A DNA stretch of 52,931 nucleotides, from the NCBI GenBank assembly GCA_039935735.1, contig JBDTJR010000010.1, positions 1 through 52,931 on the forward strand, in the 5' to 3' direction. The notes beneath the pieces are model-generated. The model was not told where the DNA came from, made no database searches, and saw nothing but the letters and a program-made list of their open reading frames with translations. The position numbers were made by a program, and so were the translations under genes. Source of the DNA: Chthoniobacterales bacterium. GTDB taxonomy: Bacteria; Verrucomicrobiota; Verrucomicrobiia; Chthoniobacterales; JBDTJR01. How positions within the stretch are numbered: the first letter of the stretch is position 1; every line of letters starts with the position of its first letter. Positions 18,801 through 28,190 of this stretch are shown here, in pieces.

Positions 18801-21361
18801 ATAAAATCCTTCAAACCTTCACGATGGAATTACCCGGCAATTCAAGCCGCATCGAAATCCCCGTCCGTCCCGAATATCTCCCAAATGCCACGGTCTCCGT
18901 CTATCTCCTGCGTCCCGGAAAAAAAGATGAACTGCCAGGCGAAATGTTCGGCTACACCCGGATGAATGTCACCGATCCTGCAAAAGATTTAAAAATGCAG
19001 ATCACGGTAACGAAATCCGAATACGAACCGCGCGAGAAGATCCACGGCGAAGTCATGGTCACCGCAGATACGAAGCCTGTAGCCAATGCAGAACTCACGG
19101 TTTACGCCGTGGATGACTCCGTTCTCGAACTCGGCGGCTGGGTGCTTCCGAAACTCATAGATACATTTTACCCCGAAAATCCCTTCGGTGTTGTCACCTA
19201 TACTGCACTTCGCGGATATGTGGAAAACATCGAGCAAAAAAGCCTCATGCAAAAAGGCTTCACCGTTGGCGATGTCGGAAAAGATCAGTTCGGAAGTGTC
19301 AAATTTACACGCCAGAATTTTCGCCCTCTAATTTTATGGCTGCCCGCTATTAAGACCGACGCGCGTGGTATTGCCTCCTTCGACTGCACCGCTCCCGATA
19401 ATCTTACCCGCTTCCGCATCATCGTGGTGGGCCAAACGGCAGAAAATCAATTCGGTTCGGGGGATACCACATTCAATGTCACCAAGAATCTCTTGATCGA
19501 GCCTGCGCTTCCTCGTTTTCTCCGGGAAGATGATCAGGTGGAGCTACGTGCGGTCGTGCGTCAGAAGTTCTCACCGAGTGAAAAACTGCTTGTCCGCTGT
19601 ATCACCAGCGATGGGCTCGCAATCGTTGGCACTCATGAAACGGAAGTCACCGCCGCGAAAGATCAACCTGTCGTCGTTCGCTTCCCTGCTCATGCTGCAG
19701 GAAATAGTGAGACTGCAAGCGTCCGCTTCGACGTTGTTGCCAAAGCAGACTCCAAACGCGCTGACTCCGTCGAGGTTACCTTTCCGATTACTACAAAAAG
19801 CATCGTAGTTCAGGAATCCGCCACGGGTGAATGGCACGGAAATGAATTCAAACTATCCACGCAGATACCGGAAACCTGGAAAAAATCAGCCGGCAAATAC
19901 GATCTCACCCTTTCCACTTCGCAATACCTTACAAAACTAATGGGTATTCCCACAGTCCTGGATTACCCCCACGGCTGTTTCGAACAGAAATCCTCTCGTC
20001 TCCTTGTCTATACAAACCTTGGAAAGCTTCTTGCCTATCTTCCAAAATCAAAGACACGGGATGATAATTATCAGCGCACGATCCACGACTCCCTTAAGGA
20101 ATTTGAAAGTTCCCTTCTTCCCGACGGGCTACTCCCCTACTGGCCGTTTGGCACAGAAGGGAATCCCTATGTAACAATCCAGATAACATGGGCCATCGCC
20201 GAGGCTCAGAAGGCTGGATTTGAAATTCCCGACGAACTCTCCAGTGCCCTCACCACGACGCTTCAAAATTTTGTATTGAGAAAAGCCAAAATTAATCTCT
20301 CTCCTACCCAGCGCACTTTCGCACTCTTCGCTTTATCTCGCTTCGAGGAGGCTCCGGGTGATGAAGTCACTGCCGCCGCAGAAGATCTCGTGCTGCACCG
20401 CGACAAACTCGATGATGAAGGGCGCGCGATGCTCGCGATTGCCCTACATGACATGGACAAACTTCCCGAGCGTCAAATCGAGCTCGTTAAGGAACTCCCT
20501 CAAGAGATTGTCCAAAAGGAATTTAATCCCGAAACGTTCTCCTCGCAGACACGCACTGAAGCGATCTGCACATGGGCTCGCATCCTGATCACTCCCGAGG
20601 TCGATCAGCCTGCAATGAAAAAGAAACTCGAAGTTCTTATGGCCTCTTCCGCCAGTCTTTCAACTCAGGAGAATCTCTGGTTGCTCGTGGCATTCAACGC
20701 CATGCTAACTCAAAAGCCTCCGACGAAACTTCCTCAACCTTTGGACCCCAAATCCGATGCCGTATCTCCTGACAAATCCGCTTCCGAGTGGACGGATCGT
20801 GAACTTAACGAAATCGCAAATTTCACCGTTCGCAATCTCGGTAAGGCATCAAATGGAACTTTCGTGGCTTCAGTTCATCGTCAACTTACCCCTGCGGAGC
20901 AAATCCCTGTCTCGCACGGCCTGCGCCTCAGTCGCGTGGTCAAGGATCTGACCGATCCCAAACGCACTGGCACTGCGGAGGCCCCATTCAAAATCGGCGA
21001 TCAGATTCTCATCTCCTATCGATTCAGCAGCGATCACTCCCAAAGCTTTGTTGCTCTCACGGATTCGATCCCCGCGGGTATTGAAATCGTAAATCCAAAC
21101 CTCGAGATGTTTGGAAAATTTTATCAAATCCCCGACGAACCCGGCGTGAAGACTGCGGCCTTATCGTATTGCGAGATGCGCGACAAACAAACGAATCTTT
21201 ACTTCAATAACATGGAAACTGGTTTTCAGGGATATTCCGTCCTTGCGAGGGCAACTGCGGCAGGAACATTCTCGTGGCCGGTCAGTCAGATATCCCCGAT
21301 GTATGATAGCCGGTTTTACGCCCGCACTGCTCCATTGGAATGCGTCGTAACCTCCGAATAG
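15815..21361 (+). CDS. Bacterial alpha-2-macroglobulin (YfhM/ECAM type) with thioester motif
   Basis: 1848 aa, signal peptide, MG-domain-like beta-rich repeats. CxEQ thioester site YPHGCFEQ (CFEQ at 19976-19987, Cys1388). Immediately followed by pbpC, the classic A2M partner. AAGGAG lies 5 nt before the ATG. Confidence 0.9.
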   Translation: MKTRTLIFCFLLAFTFSAASMTRPPVKPSVASDESPSTTTTLQIPDDTRAFVNKPDGAGVKVDSTTNTLNGETRITIIFPTDMVNPDQIDSETAASPIVTWPNLDATFIWRTPSQGEWAVKGPFIPNQNYRLRLREDLKDAEGKPLPTNAWGMELHTDPINVICNYDEHEHLSAQPQVSLEFSYQVRPDASAKDIWFQNRATRQKYPAEILLNHASETATDVVDVHLPEMPALDGFRVRPRETLPVNATYDLIVENVRDAYSGRGLVYPRVFPLGTTRPLTIDYVAARNWPTDKPHIEAKFNTSLDNNLPANAVTVTPSVPNLRLHTEGADLMIEGDFDTAQHYRIILSDKIRDDRGYTMEKSSSWGATFHAKDATILFPERDIIRQRSLLGLRFALLQANTGPITWKLARIPLNKFSEISEDRRKAPPPALLIKKYALEIVGQGNIPASGQDKEIVRPIEWKPTDNTMLTGPYLLEASSTNADGDVIGNNIFTFFNEVVFTQKSTPTKTILRLANMGDAKPIPGVTVHAISRDEKELATAATDINGSVEFSTLALAGVAYYLADTPGTPAIASAQTNSAFSSGSTYQSPRPSILGKIITDRPLYRPSHEIKIKGIFREKTETGLKCLPAGTIVSWEIASTMENEILTSGTAKLNALGAWDAAWKVPPQGKLGGYQVRCKINDAYVGDPADFRIEEYSPPAFSVVCEPKTDTPSGEASIVVSSQYFHGAPNVGSKVVWKATWTSDHDGEMITISNPEEFREMDLLSQNVKAVVYESECEGETILDDKGSVTLTCKPPFKDPGNRAHCTVLWEANITGPDGQTITGGISQNITMNDITLGVKADHHSGKKDIAFDIQAIPFTPTTAVPEKVRAELFLVRTKSVKERIAPFIYRFRNTDEFISIEKKDIPANGHLVFSPKEPGRYILQVSPLSGQSGIPVTDEIYLSGTGEAEVAVQNDDTLEVKPLHDGDSFPSGQTAAFQVLSPSGGVAWVTVETDKILQTFTMELPGNSSRIEIPVRPEYLPNATVSVYLLRPGKKDELPGEMFGYTRMNVTDPAKDLKMQITVTKSEYEPREKIHGEVMVTADTKPVANAELTVYAVDDSVLELGGWVLPKLIDTFYPENPFGVVTYTALRGYVENIEQKSLMQKGFTVGDVGKDQFGSVKFTRQNFRPLILWLPAIKTDARGIASFDCTAPDNLTRFRIIVVGQTAENQFGSGDTTFNVTKNLLIEPALPRFLREDDQVELRAVVRQKFSPSEKLLVRCITSDGLAIVGTHETEVTAAKDQPVVVRFPAHAAGNSETASVRFDVVAKADSKRADSVEVTFPITTKSIVVQESATGEWHGNEFKLSTQIPETWKKSAGKYDLTLSTSQYLTKLMGIPTVLDYPHGCFEQKSSRLLVYTNLGKLLAYLPKSKTRDDNYQRTIHDSLKEFESSLLPDGLLPYWPFGTEGNPYVTIQITWAIAEAQKAGFEIPDELSSALTTTLQNFVLRKAKINLSPTQRTFALFALSRFEEAPGDEVTAAAEDLVLHRDKLDDEGRAMLAIALHDMDKLPERQIELVKELPQEIVQKEFNPETFSSQTRTEAICTWARILITPEVDQPAMKKKLEVLMASSASLSTQENLWLLVAFNAMLTQKPPTKLPQPLDPKSDAVSPDKSASEWTDRELNEIANFTVRNLGKASNGTFVASVHRQLTPAEQIPVSHGLRLSRVVKDLTDPKRTGTAEAPFKIGDQILISYRFSSDHSQSFVALTDSIPAGIEIVNPNLEMFGKFYQIPDEPGVKTAALSYCEMRDKQTNLYFNNMETGFQGYSVLARATAAGTFSWPVSQISPMYDSRFYARTAPLECVVTSE

Positions 21362-23556
21362 CACTGCTCCTTCTCGTCATTGCCGGCGTCCTGTATGCCT
21401 GCTTTGAAATAACGGTCAGCCGTTGTCGACTTCCTGAGAGCCTGAATGCTCCTCCTCCCGCCACTGCCGTGCTTCTCGATATGCACGACCAGCCATTTTC
21501 GCGACTGGGTGACGAGCTCCTGCGCGACGCGCGACCGATTCCGCTTCACGACATGGGCCCTTGGATTCCACTCGTTACTGTGGGAATTGAGGACCATCGC
21601 TTCTGGAAACATCACGGTGTAGACTGGTACGCCATGCTCAGTGCCTGCGTACGAAATGTCCGTAATTTACGCGTAGTCTCAGGCGCATCTACGATTACGC
21701 AACAAACGGTCAAAGTTGCATCTGGACGTACACAGCGCACATTGAGAGCAAAAGCATCCGAGGCGTTCCGCGCACTGAAGCTCGAAAAAACGTGGGGCAA
21801 AAAACAAATCCTCGAAACTTACCTTAATCGAATTGACTATGGAAATCGTCGCATCGGCATTGAAGCGGCATCACAGGCTTACTTCGGAAAAAAGACCGCC
21901 GATCTTTCCTTAGCCGAGGCTATTTATCTTGCCGGACTTCCTCAATCACCCGGGAGATTCAATCCCTGGCGTAATGCCAAGCGGGCCATGGCACGCTATC
22001 AGCAAAATGTCATTCACCTGGATGAACTCGGCCTACTGCCAAAGGATATATCCCGCGCACAACTGCTCGCAACACCACCGAAAGTGGAGATGCATCACCC
22101 TAATGTTGTAGCGGCCCACTTCACTGCTCTCGCTGTTCAACGAACTGGTGAAAGCGCCGCCGCCATCCATACAAACATGGATCCCAATCTCCAGCAGGTT
22201 GCGGAGACATTACTAAATGAACATCTCCGTGTCTCGGGTCCGATGGGAGTCGGTGATGCCGCCATTGTCATTGTCGAAAATTCCACGGGAGCCGTTCGCG
22301 CGCTCGCAAGCGCTGGTCGCGCAGATCATCGGGACATTGATGCAGCCATCGTGGCACGGAGCTCCGGCTCCACCCTGAAGCCTTTCATCTACCTTTCAGC
22401 GATCGAACAGAAAATTCTTACCGCCGCCACGCTTCTTCCCGATACTGAAGAGGCAATCCCCGCCCAATACCATGATTACGATCCCCAGAATTACAGTCAT
22501 CACTTCCACGGTCCGGTACGTGTCCGTGAGGCATTGGGAAATTCCTTTAATGTCCCTGCCGTCATCACGGTAAGCCGACTTGGTGCACGCAATGCCTTTA
22601 ATGATCTCCGCCAGTGGGGATTTCAGTTTTCAGGAACCTTCGATGATTATGGAGCAGGGTTTATTCTCGGAAATGCCGATATTCGCCTGATCGATCTTGC
22701 GGGCGCCTACGCCGGCCTCGCCCGTGGCGGCATCGCCTGGCACGCACGCATGCTACGTAATGAACCCATTGAAAGTAAGCTTATGGCTTCGCCTGAAGCC
22801 TGTGCAATCATCACCGATATTATTTCTGATAATGAATCGCGGAAAATAAGCTTTGGTTTGACTTCTCCTCTGAATCTCGGCGTGCGTGTTGCCGTCAAGA
22901 CAGGCACCAGTTCCGGTTTTCGCGATCGCTGGTGTGTGGGATTCGATCGCGAGCACACCGTTGCCGTCTGGGCGGGAAATCTCGACGGAAAATCGCTCGG
23001 CGAAGTTCTCGCTGTCCGCGCAGCCGCTCCACTCTGGGCGGGGATGATGCGTTATCTTCTCGCTCATGGAGACACTCCACTGCCCGACCCTCAGGAAAGT
23101 CCGGCACTTCGCCCCCTTACCATAGCAGCCGAAACTGGTCTCCTGCCCCGACCCGAAGAGCCGGTTATCCATGAATGGTTTTTACCGGGAACAGAACCCA
23201 CACAAAACGCCGCAACCATGTATAAACCTATCGATGGAAAGGATACGCTCATCCTGCCTTCCGAATATGCCGCATGGTGTGCCAGCAATCAAAACACTCT
23301 GGCCGCGATTGCTCGCAGCGACAAACTCGAGATCATTTTCCCAAAAAACGCGGCTTCCTTTGAATGGAACTCCCATCTCCCAAAAAATCAACAGATGATC
23401 CGACTGAAAGCTTCGCAACCGAATTGCCATTGGATGGTGAATGGCAAAAACGCGGATGAATTATTTCCTCTGGAACCCGGTGAATGGGTAGTAACAGCGA
23501 TCAAGGATGGCGCCGCCGCCGAATCAAAATTCTTCGTAACGAAACCCGGCTCCTGA
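21340..23556 (+). CDS. pbpC: Penicillin-binding protein 1C (bifunctional glycosyltransferase/transpeptidase)
   Basis: N-terminal TM anchor; GT51 motifs EDHRFWKHHGVD and GASTITQQ; transpeptidase SGSTLKP (SxxK) and KTGTS; C-terminal PBP1C-type beta domain. Overlaps the A2M gene by 22 nt. Confidence 0.9.
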   Translation: MRRNLRIALLLLVIAGVLYACFEITVSRCRLPESLNAPPPATAVLLDMHDQPFSRLGDELLRDARPIPLHDMGPWIPLVTVGIEDHRFWKHHGVDWYAMLSACVRNVRNLRVVSGASTITQQTVKVASGRTQRTLRAKASEAFRALKLEKTWGKKQILETYLNRIDYGNRRIGIEAASQAYFGKKTADLSLAEAIYLAGLPQSPGRFNPWRNAKRAMARYQQNVIHLDELGLLPKDISRAQLLATPPKVEMHHPNVVAAHFTALAVQRTGESAAAIHTNMDPNLQQVAETLLNEHLRVSGPMGVGDAAIVIVENSTGAVRALASAGRADHRDIDAAIVARSSGSTLKPFIYLSAIEQKILTAATLLPDTEEAIPAQYHDYDPQNYSHHFHGPVRVREALGNSFNVPAVITVSRLGARNAFNDLRQWGFQFSGTFDDYGAGFILGNADIRLIDLAGAYAGLARGGIAWHARMLRNEPIESKLMASPEACAIITDIISDNESRKISFGLTSPLNLGVRVAVKTGTSSGFRDRWCVGFDREHTVAVWAGNLDGKSLGEVLAVRAAAPLWAGMMRYLLAHGDTPLPDPQESPALRPLTIAAETGLLPRPEEPVIHEWFLPGTEPTQNAATMYKPIDGKDTLILPSEYAAWCASNQNTLAAIARSDKLEIIFPKNAASFEWNSHLPKNQQMIRLKASQPNCHWMVNGKNADELFPLEPGEWVVTAIKDGAAAESKFFVTKPGS

Positions 23557-23599
23557 TAATTTCCTTCCTCTTTTACACTCGAATAGAAAGATTTTATCC

Positions 23600-24370
23600 A
23601 TGCCAACCCTATTTAATCCCGGTCTGGTATCTGTCACGTTTCGTCAGCTCTCCGTAGACGAGATCATTGATACTACCGTGGCGGCAAAACTGCGTTGTAT
23701 CGAGTGGGGCGGCGACATCCATGTGCCACATGGTGACGTGAAGACCGCGCAGCTTGTCCACAAAAAAACTGCTAATGCAGGTCTCACAGTTGCATCCTAC
23801 GGATCTTACTATCGCGTAGGCGAAAGCGAACTGGCAGGTATTGCATTTGAAGACGTCCTGGCATCTGCATCGAATCTCGGTGCACCTGTCATTCGAGTAT
23901 GGGCAGGTACAAAAGCATCAGCCGTTACTACTCCGGAATATCGCGACATGGTGGAACAAGACGCCACGCGAATCGCTAATCTCGCACAAAAAGCGGGCAT
24001 TGAAGTCGCGTGGGAGTACCACGTTAATACATTAACAGACACCCTTGCTTCCACCCTCGCTCTTTTGCGTTCTATCGATGGAAAGATAAAAACTTTCTGG
24101 CAGCCACAAACGAGTCTCTCGGTCGAGGAGAACGTCTCTTCCTTACGAACCCTTCTTCCGTGGCTTCGTCATATCCATGTTTATCATTGGAAAAATCGCG
24201 GCGAGAGATTTCCTCTCTCAGAAGGAATTGCAGAATGGGCTCCGTATCTGAAAGTCCTTCGCGAGGACGGGACTCCGCGTCCATTCCTGCTAGAATTCGT
24301 TCGTGAAGACAGCATCGAATCCCTGATTCAGGACGCCGCCGCCCTGAATCAATGGATTATTGAGGCGTAG
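23600..24370 (+). CDS. Sugar phosphate isomerase/epimerase (xylose-isomerase-like TIM barrel)
   Basis: About 256 aa with an alternating beta/alpha pattern. IEWGG, IRVWAG and the WEYH metal-ligand context are typical of AP-endonuclease-2/XI-like TIM barrels. Confidence 0.7.
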   Translation: MPTLFNPGLVSVTFRQLSVDEIIDTTVAAKLRCIEWGGDIHVPHGDVKTAQLVHKKTANAGLTVASYGSYYRVGESELAGIAFEDVLASASNLGAPVIRVWAGTKASAVTTPEYRDMVEQDATRIANLAQKAGIEVAWEYHVNTLTDTLASTLALLRSIDGKIKTFWQPQTSLSVEENVSSLRTLLPWLRHIHVYHWKNRGERFPLSEGIAEWAPYLKVLREDGTPRPFLLEFVREDSIESLIQDAAALNQWIIEA

Positions 24371-24375
24371 GTCTT

Positions 24376-25695
24376 TTACAGCTTCGCGACAACCTTACTT
24401 GTTGCTTCGAGCGTGGCATCGATATCCGCCGCGGAATGCGCTGCGCTCACCGAGCCTTGTTTGCAAGGAGCCGGGAAATGATAAATTCCTTCTGCGATCA
24501 AGCCCTGACGATAACGACCGTCGACTTCGAAATCCTGATGCGCGAGAATGTCATGCCAGTCTGATGGCGCGTGATCCATGAAGTAGACGCAGAATGCCGA
24601 AGCATTTCGCACGATTGTCACGTTCCGTCCAGCTTTGGTGAAAATCTCCTTCGTGCCCTTTACAAGACGTTCCGTCGTATCATCAATCTTCTTGTAAATC
24701 GCACCGTTGTCGCGTTTCAGAATTTCCAGCGTGGCAATTGCCGCTGCCACATTCACGGGGTGTCCGTTATAAGTACCGGCAACCAATACCCGCTTCTTCA
24801 TGTCGGGATGGCAGAAAAGCTCCATCAGATCCGCACGGCCTCCAAGGACTCCGAGTGGGTATCCATTCGCCACCGCTTTTCCGAAAATTGACAAATCTGG
24901 CTTCACCTTGGCGATGGATTGATACCCGCCGAGTGCCGAACGGAATCCCGTCTTTACTTCATCCATCACAAAAACTACGCCGTATTTATCGCAAAGATCG
25001 CGTAAGCCCTGAAGATAATCGGGTTTTGGCAACACGATACCCACATTCTGCAATGCAGGTTCCGTGATCAGACACGCCACGGAATGCCGACGGAATACAT
25101 ACTCCACGGATTCCAGGTCATTGAAGTTAACGGTGTGAATACGCCGTTGCGTCGTCACAGGAATACCTGCCGAGATTGGGCAGAAAGGATACTCTCCAGG
25201 CGATACACGTGGGCCCACTTGCTCGAGAGAGGGCATCACGGCGCGCCCCACTTCATCATGCCATCCATTGTAGCCGCCGATTGTCGTTACGACATCTTCA
25301 CGTCCGGTATGTGCGCGGGAAAGTCGGATTGCGAGGTTCGACGCTTCGCTCCCCGTATTCAAAATCTGCACACGCTCCAAGCTTGTCACCGATTCACAAA
25401 GGGACTGCGCAAGCTGCGCTTCCCACGGAGTCGTTCCACTCCCCATGAGCGACCATCCGCGATCCAGCGCCGCACGTACCGCATCGGTAACTTCCGGGTG
25501 ATGATGCCCGAGAAGATGAGGTGCAAATGCCGCATGATAATCAATATAGGTCTTTCCGTCCGCATCGAAGAGATGGCTACCTTCCGCTCTTACGAAAACG
25601 AGCGAAGGAGACGACTTACGATTCAACGAGACAACACCGCCCGCGATATACTTTTCGCTCTGGCTGATAATGGATTTGGAAGATTCTGAACTCAT
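24376..25695 (-). CDS. Class III (GSA-aminomutase-like) PLP-dependent aminotransferase
   Basis: YIAGGV, DEVKTGFR and FGKAVANGYPLG (PLP lysine) are present. Start moved to ATG 25695 (MSSESSK), which avoids overlap with the upstream gene. Confidence 0.85.
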   Translation of the reverse strand: MSSESSKSIISQSEKYIAGGVVSLNRKSSPSLVFVRAEGSHLFDADGKTYIDYHAAFAPHLLGHHHPEVTDAVRAALDRGWSLMGSGTTPWEAQLAQSLCESVTSLERVQILNTGSEASNLAIRLSRAHTGREDVVTTIGGYNGWHDEVGRAVMPSLEQVGPRVSPGEYPFCPISAGIPVTTQRRIHTVNFNDLESVEYVFRRHSVACLITEPALQNVGIVLPKPDYLQGLRDLCDKYGVVFVMDEVKTGFRSALGGYQSIAKVKPDLSIFGKAVANGYPLGVLGGRADLMELFCHPDMKKRVLVAGTYNGHPVNVAAAIATLEILKRDNGAIYKKIDDTTERLVKGTKEIFTKAGRNVTIVRNASAFCVYFMDHAPSDWHDILAHQDFEVDGRYRQGLIAEGIYHFPAPCKQGSVSAAHSAADIDATLEATSKVVAKL

Positions 25696-25711
25696 GGTTT
25701 TGTTTGTAAAA

Positions 25712-27073
25712 TTAAGAAGCAGCGCGAACTTCAGCGGCCTTTTTATCGGCTTCATTGAGCAGGTCAATCAGGGTTGCAAGTGGATCACCATACATTTTTG
25801 TGAAGTAATCCTTAAAGTGAGAGACGGGTTCGCCCGGATGATAAATCTCATATACCTCCCCGCCATCCGCTTCAAACTCCACACGACACCAGTCCATCGT
25901 CGAGCCCCAGAATTCATTACGCGAACGAATGTCGATATGTTTCCCCGTCAATACATTACGGCATTTCCAATGTGTGGAATTCGTTCCAAGGATACCCGTA
26001 TGGATGGATACGGTTTCATCGCTCTCCGTGGCCACAAGGAAACGCGTCTTATGATCCATCTTGATGCCCGCCTCCATTAATCTTGGCACAGAGTATTTCC
26101 GACGTCCCGCCGCAATCACCTTATAGACCTGATGCCGTGGTCCGTAGAGATTTGTCAGCGTCCGGATCTGATCCGCATTGGGATATTCGAAAGGATAAAA
26201 ACTCTGCTCAATTTTAAACCCGTAGTTGATCGACTGCGCGATAAACTCCAGATACCCAGCATGCCATGCTACATCGGACGTTGGAAACTCCGACCCCTCA
26301 CCCCATACCATTTCGAGCCATGGCGTGATGTCGTGACCCTTGATGTAACTCTGCAGCACCTTGCATGTCTCGCCGATGATCACGCTGCGATCCATCCCGA
26401 TGAAGTCTCCACAGATCGTATCCTGAATGTATGGCTGACATCCGCTGATATGTTTCGCACAACATACACGCACTGCGGGATTCACAGCCTTTACCGATTC
26501 TTCAACAAGTTTGTAGAAGTTCGGCACCATCGTCTTATTATCCTCGTCTGAGAACGAATAGTTCATCTTCTTATAGAAAGCATCATTCGGCTCATAGAAT
26601 GCCGGGAAATCCGTCTTGAAGGCATCGATACCGTAGTCGCGCACCAGACGCTGCATTACCGAGCGAATATGCTCGCGACCAACTTCCGTGCGGATATCGA
26701 GGCGGTAGGTTCCGAGCCCTGGATAGAATGCTGGTTTTCCGTCTGCATCCTTAAGCACCGCATCGGGAAATGCTTTTTTGTAAATCTCCGTGCCATCATG
26801 AATTTGTAGCGGAGCCACCCAAAGTCTAACGGCATAGCCTTTTGTATGAATCCAATCCACCAGCCCCTTCATGTCCGGAAAGGTCACAGGATTCGGAGTC
26901 CAGTCCCCCAGCAACCCATTCACCGTCCATCCGTCATCGATACATACTGAGCCAAAGCGATAGCCATTTGCCTCCCAGGTCTCCACCATTTCCACCACGC
27001 CCTGCTGCGTGACCCCCTTGTTAAAAAGACGCCAAGTGTTGATCTCCGGTAGTTGAAAGCGAATGTCATTCAT
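25712..27073 (-). CDS. Cytoplasmic clan GH-D type glycoside hydrolase (alpha-galactosidase-like TIM barrel)
   Basis: VCIDDGW and FKTDF resemble the DDGW / KxD motifs of GH27/36/31-like enzymes. Start at ATG 27073 (MNDIRFQ), preceded by a sigma70-like promoter; the track's 27154 start is TTG. Confidence 0.6.
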   Translation of the reverse strand: MNDIRFQLPEINTWRLFNKGVTQQGVVEMVETWEANGYRFGSVCIDDGWTVNGLLGDWTPNPVTFPDMKGLVDWIHTKGYAVRLWVAPLQIHDGTEIYKKAFPDAVLKDADGKPAFYPGLGTYRLDIRTEVGREHIRSVMQRLVRDYGIDAFKTDFPAFYEPNDAFYKKMNYSFSDEDNKTMVPNFYKLVEESVKAVNPAVRVCCAKHISGCQPYIQDTICGDFIGMDRSVIIGETCKVLQSYIKGHDITPWLEMVWGEGSEFPTSDVAWHAGYLEFIAQSINYGFKIEQSFYPFEYPNADQIRTLTNLYGPRHQVYKVIAAGRRKYSVPRLMEAGIKMDHKTRFLVATESDETVSIHTGILGTNSTHWKCRNVLTGKHIDIRSRNEFWGSTMDWCRVEFEADGGEVYEIYHPGEPVSHFKDYFTKMYGDPLATLIDLLNEADKKAAEVRAAS

Positions 27074-27089
27074 AGATAGGAAGCGTTCA

Positions 27090-27117
27090 TTTCTACTAAA
27101 TGCGAAAAAAGCGTCAA
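27090..27117 (-). promoter_or_regulatory. Putative sigma70-type promoter for the glycosidase/aminotransferase pair
   Basis: The minus strand reads TTGACG-16 nt-TAGAAA, ending 16 nt upstream of ATG 27073. Confidence 0.35.
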
Positions 27118-27130
27118 CCCTTGTTCCTTC

Positions 27131-27166
27131 AAACACGTGGGTATTTTTCCGCAACGTGTTTTCCCA
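27131..27166. promoter_or_regulatory. Inverted repeat AAACACGT-N15-ACGTGTTT, overlapping a partial copy (GTGTTTTCCCA) of the island element
   Basis: Arms at 27131-27138 and 27154-27161 are perfectly complementary. 27156-27166 resembles TTGTCTTTTCCCA of the three-copy motif. It sits just upstream of the promoter above. Confidence 0.3.
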
Positions 27167-27267
27167 TTTTGTATCAGGCCTTCACATCCGGGTGGACAGG
27201 CTTACCTACAACCCCTACACTTGACCTCAATTTCTGACCGTTTTTTATATTTCGCCTCTGTTCATTT

Positions 27268-28140
27268 ATGAAAAAAATTCCATCCTTTCTCATCTGTACC
27301 TTACTCATTGCGACTATTACGCATCCTTCTCGCGTATCTGCCGCTGATTCAAATATTTTATATTACTTCGACAAGCCCGACTCCGGCATGCCGACCAATT
27401 CAGGAGGCGCGTCTTTCTCCATCGGTTACGTCGGCACGACACAGCAAACTTCCACTGAGCACAAATTTGGTGGCGGCAGCATGAAGATCGGGGAAAAAGG
27501 CATCGTTCCCAATGTCGCCGAATTTACCGGCTTTGCTTCAAAACCTGATGAATTCAACGATGCCATTTCGAAACTCACGATCGTTGCATGGATTCGCCCC
27601 ACCTCTCCACCTCCCGGTGGACAAAGTAAATTTAGTGGCGATGGAGGATCGCATATTTTCGGCCGCTGGGTGAATGGCAAAGGTCCTGGCTTTTTTTTCT
27701 ATGACTTTTCCTACAAACGCTTCAATTTCACATTCTACTGCGACACGGCTGATCCAAAGCTACAGTCATACAGCTCTCCTGCTATTCTAGGCGCTTTAAC
27801 GGATGAATGGCTACAAGTAGCCGTCACATTCGATGAAGGCCATATCGTTTTCTATTATAATGGCCTTCCCATCGGAGACGCCAACGCCGCTACCAAAGGC
27901 GGCACCAGCATTTCCGCCGTCGAAGCAAGTAGCACCCTCGTCGGATTTAGCTTTTCCAACCCTGGAGATTGCATCGACGATTTCGGGTTTTTCCCGGGCC
28001 GCGCTCTCTCCGATCCCGAGATCGACGAAATTTACACTAAGGGCCTCGAAGCTTTCACCAAAGCCTCCATTCCTGCCCCCACTCCCGGCAAGTCACCCGC
28101 CGCAAAACCTGGTGCGGCCTCACTGCCAATCAGAAAGTAG
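27268..28140 (+). CDS. Secreted LamG (Laminin_G_3 / concanavalin-A-like) protein, paralog E, with a Pro/Ala-rich tail
   Basis: Signal peptide. Shares all five family blocks with the 45.9-49.1 kb array: SNILYYFD..MPTNSGGA, HKFGGGSM, KLTIVAWIRP, WLQVAVTFDEGHIVFYYNGLP, IDDFGFFPGRALSDPEIDEIYTKGL. Confidence 0.75.
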   Translation: MKKIPSFLICTLLIATITHPSRVSAADSNILYYFDKPDSGMPTNSGGASFSIGYVGTTQQTSTEHKFGGGSMKIGEKGIVPNVAEFTGFASKPDEFNDAISKLTIVAWIRPTSPPPGGQSKFSGDGGSHIFGRWVNGKGPGFFFYDFSYKRFNFTFYCDTADPKLQSYSSPAILGALTDEWLQVAVTFDEGHIVFYYNGLPIGDANAATKGGTSISAVEASSTLVGFSFSNPGDCIDDFGFFPGRALSDPEIDEIYTKGLEAFTKASIPAPTPGKSPAAKPGAASLPIRK

Positions 28141-28190
28141 TGGAGATATCGGATTCCCTTTATTGGGTAACTTAATGCGCTATAAAAGCG

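Noticed and set aside
25696-27154. Track start codons producing overlaps: 25767 for the aminotransferase and 27154 (TTG) for the glycosidase. Similar cases are 13336 (TTG), 45927, 47581 (TTG) and 51998 (TTG)
   Set aside because: Downstream ATGs remove the gene overlaps and leave conserved intergenic elements or promoters outside coding sequence. They also give N-termini that match the families or signal peptides.
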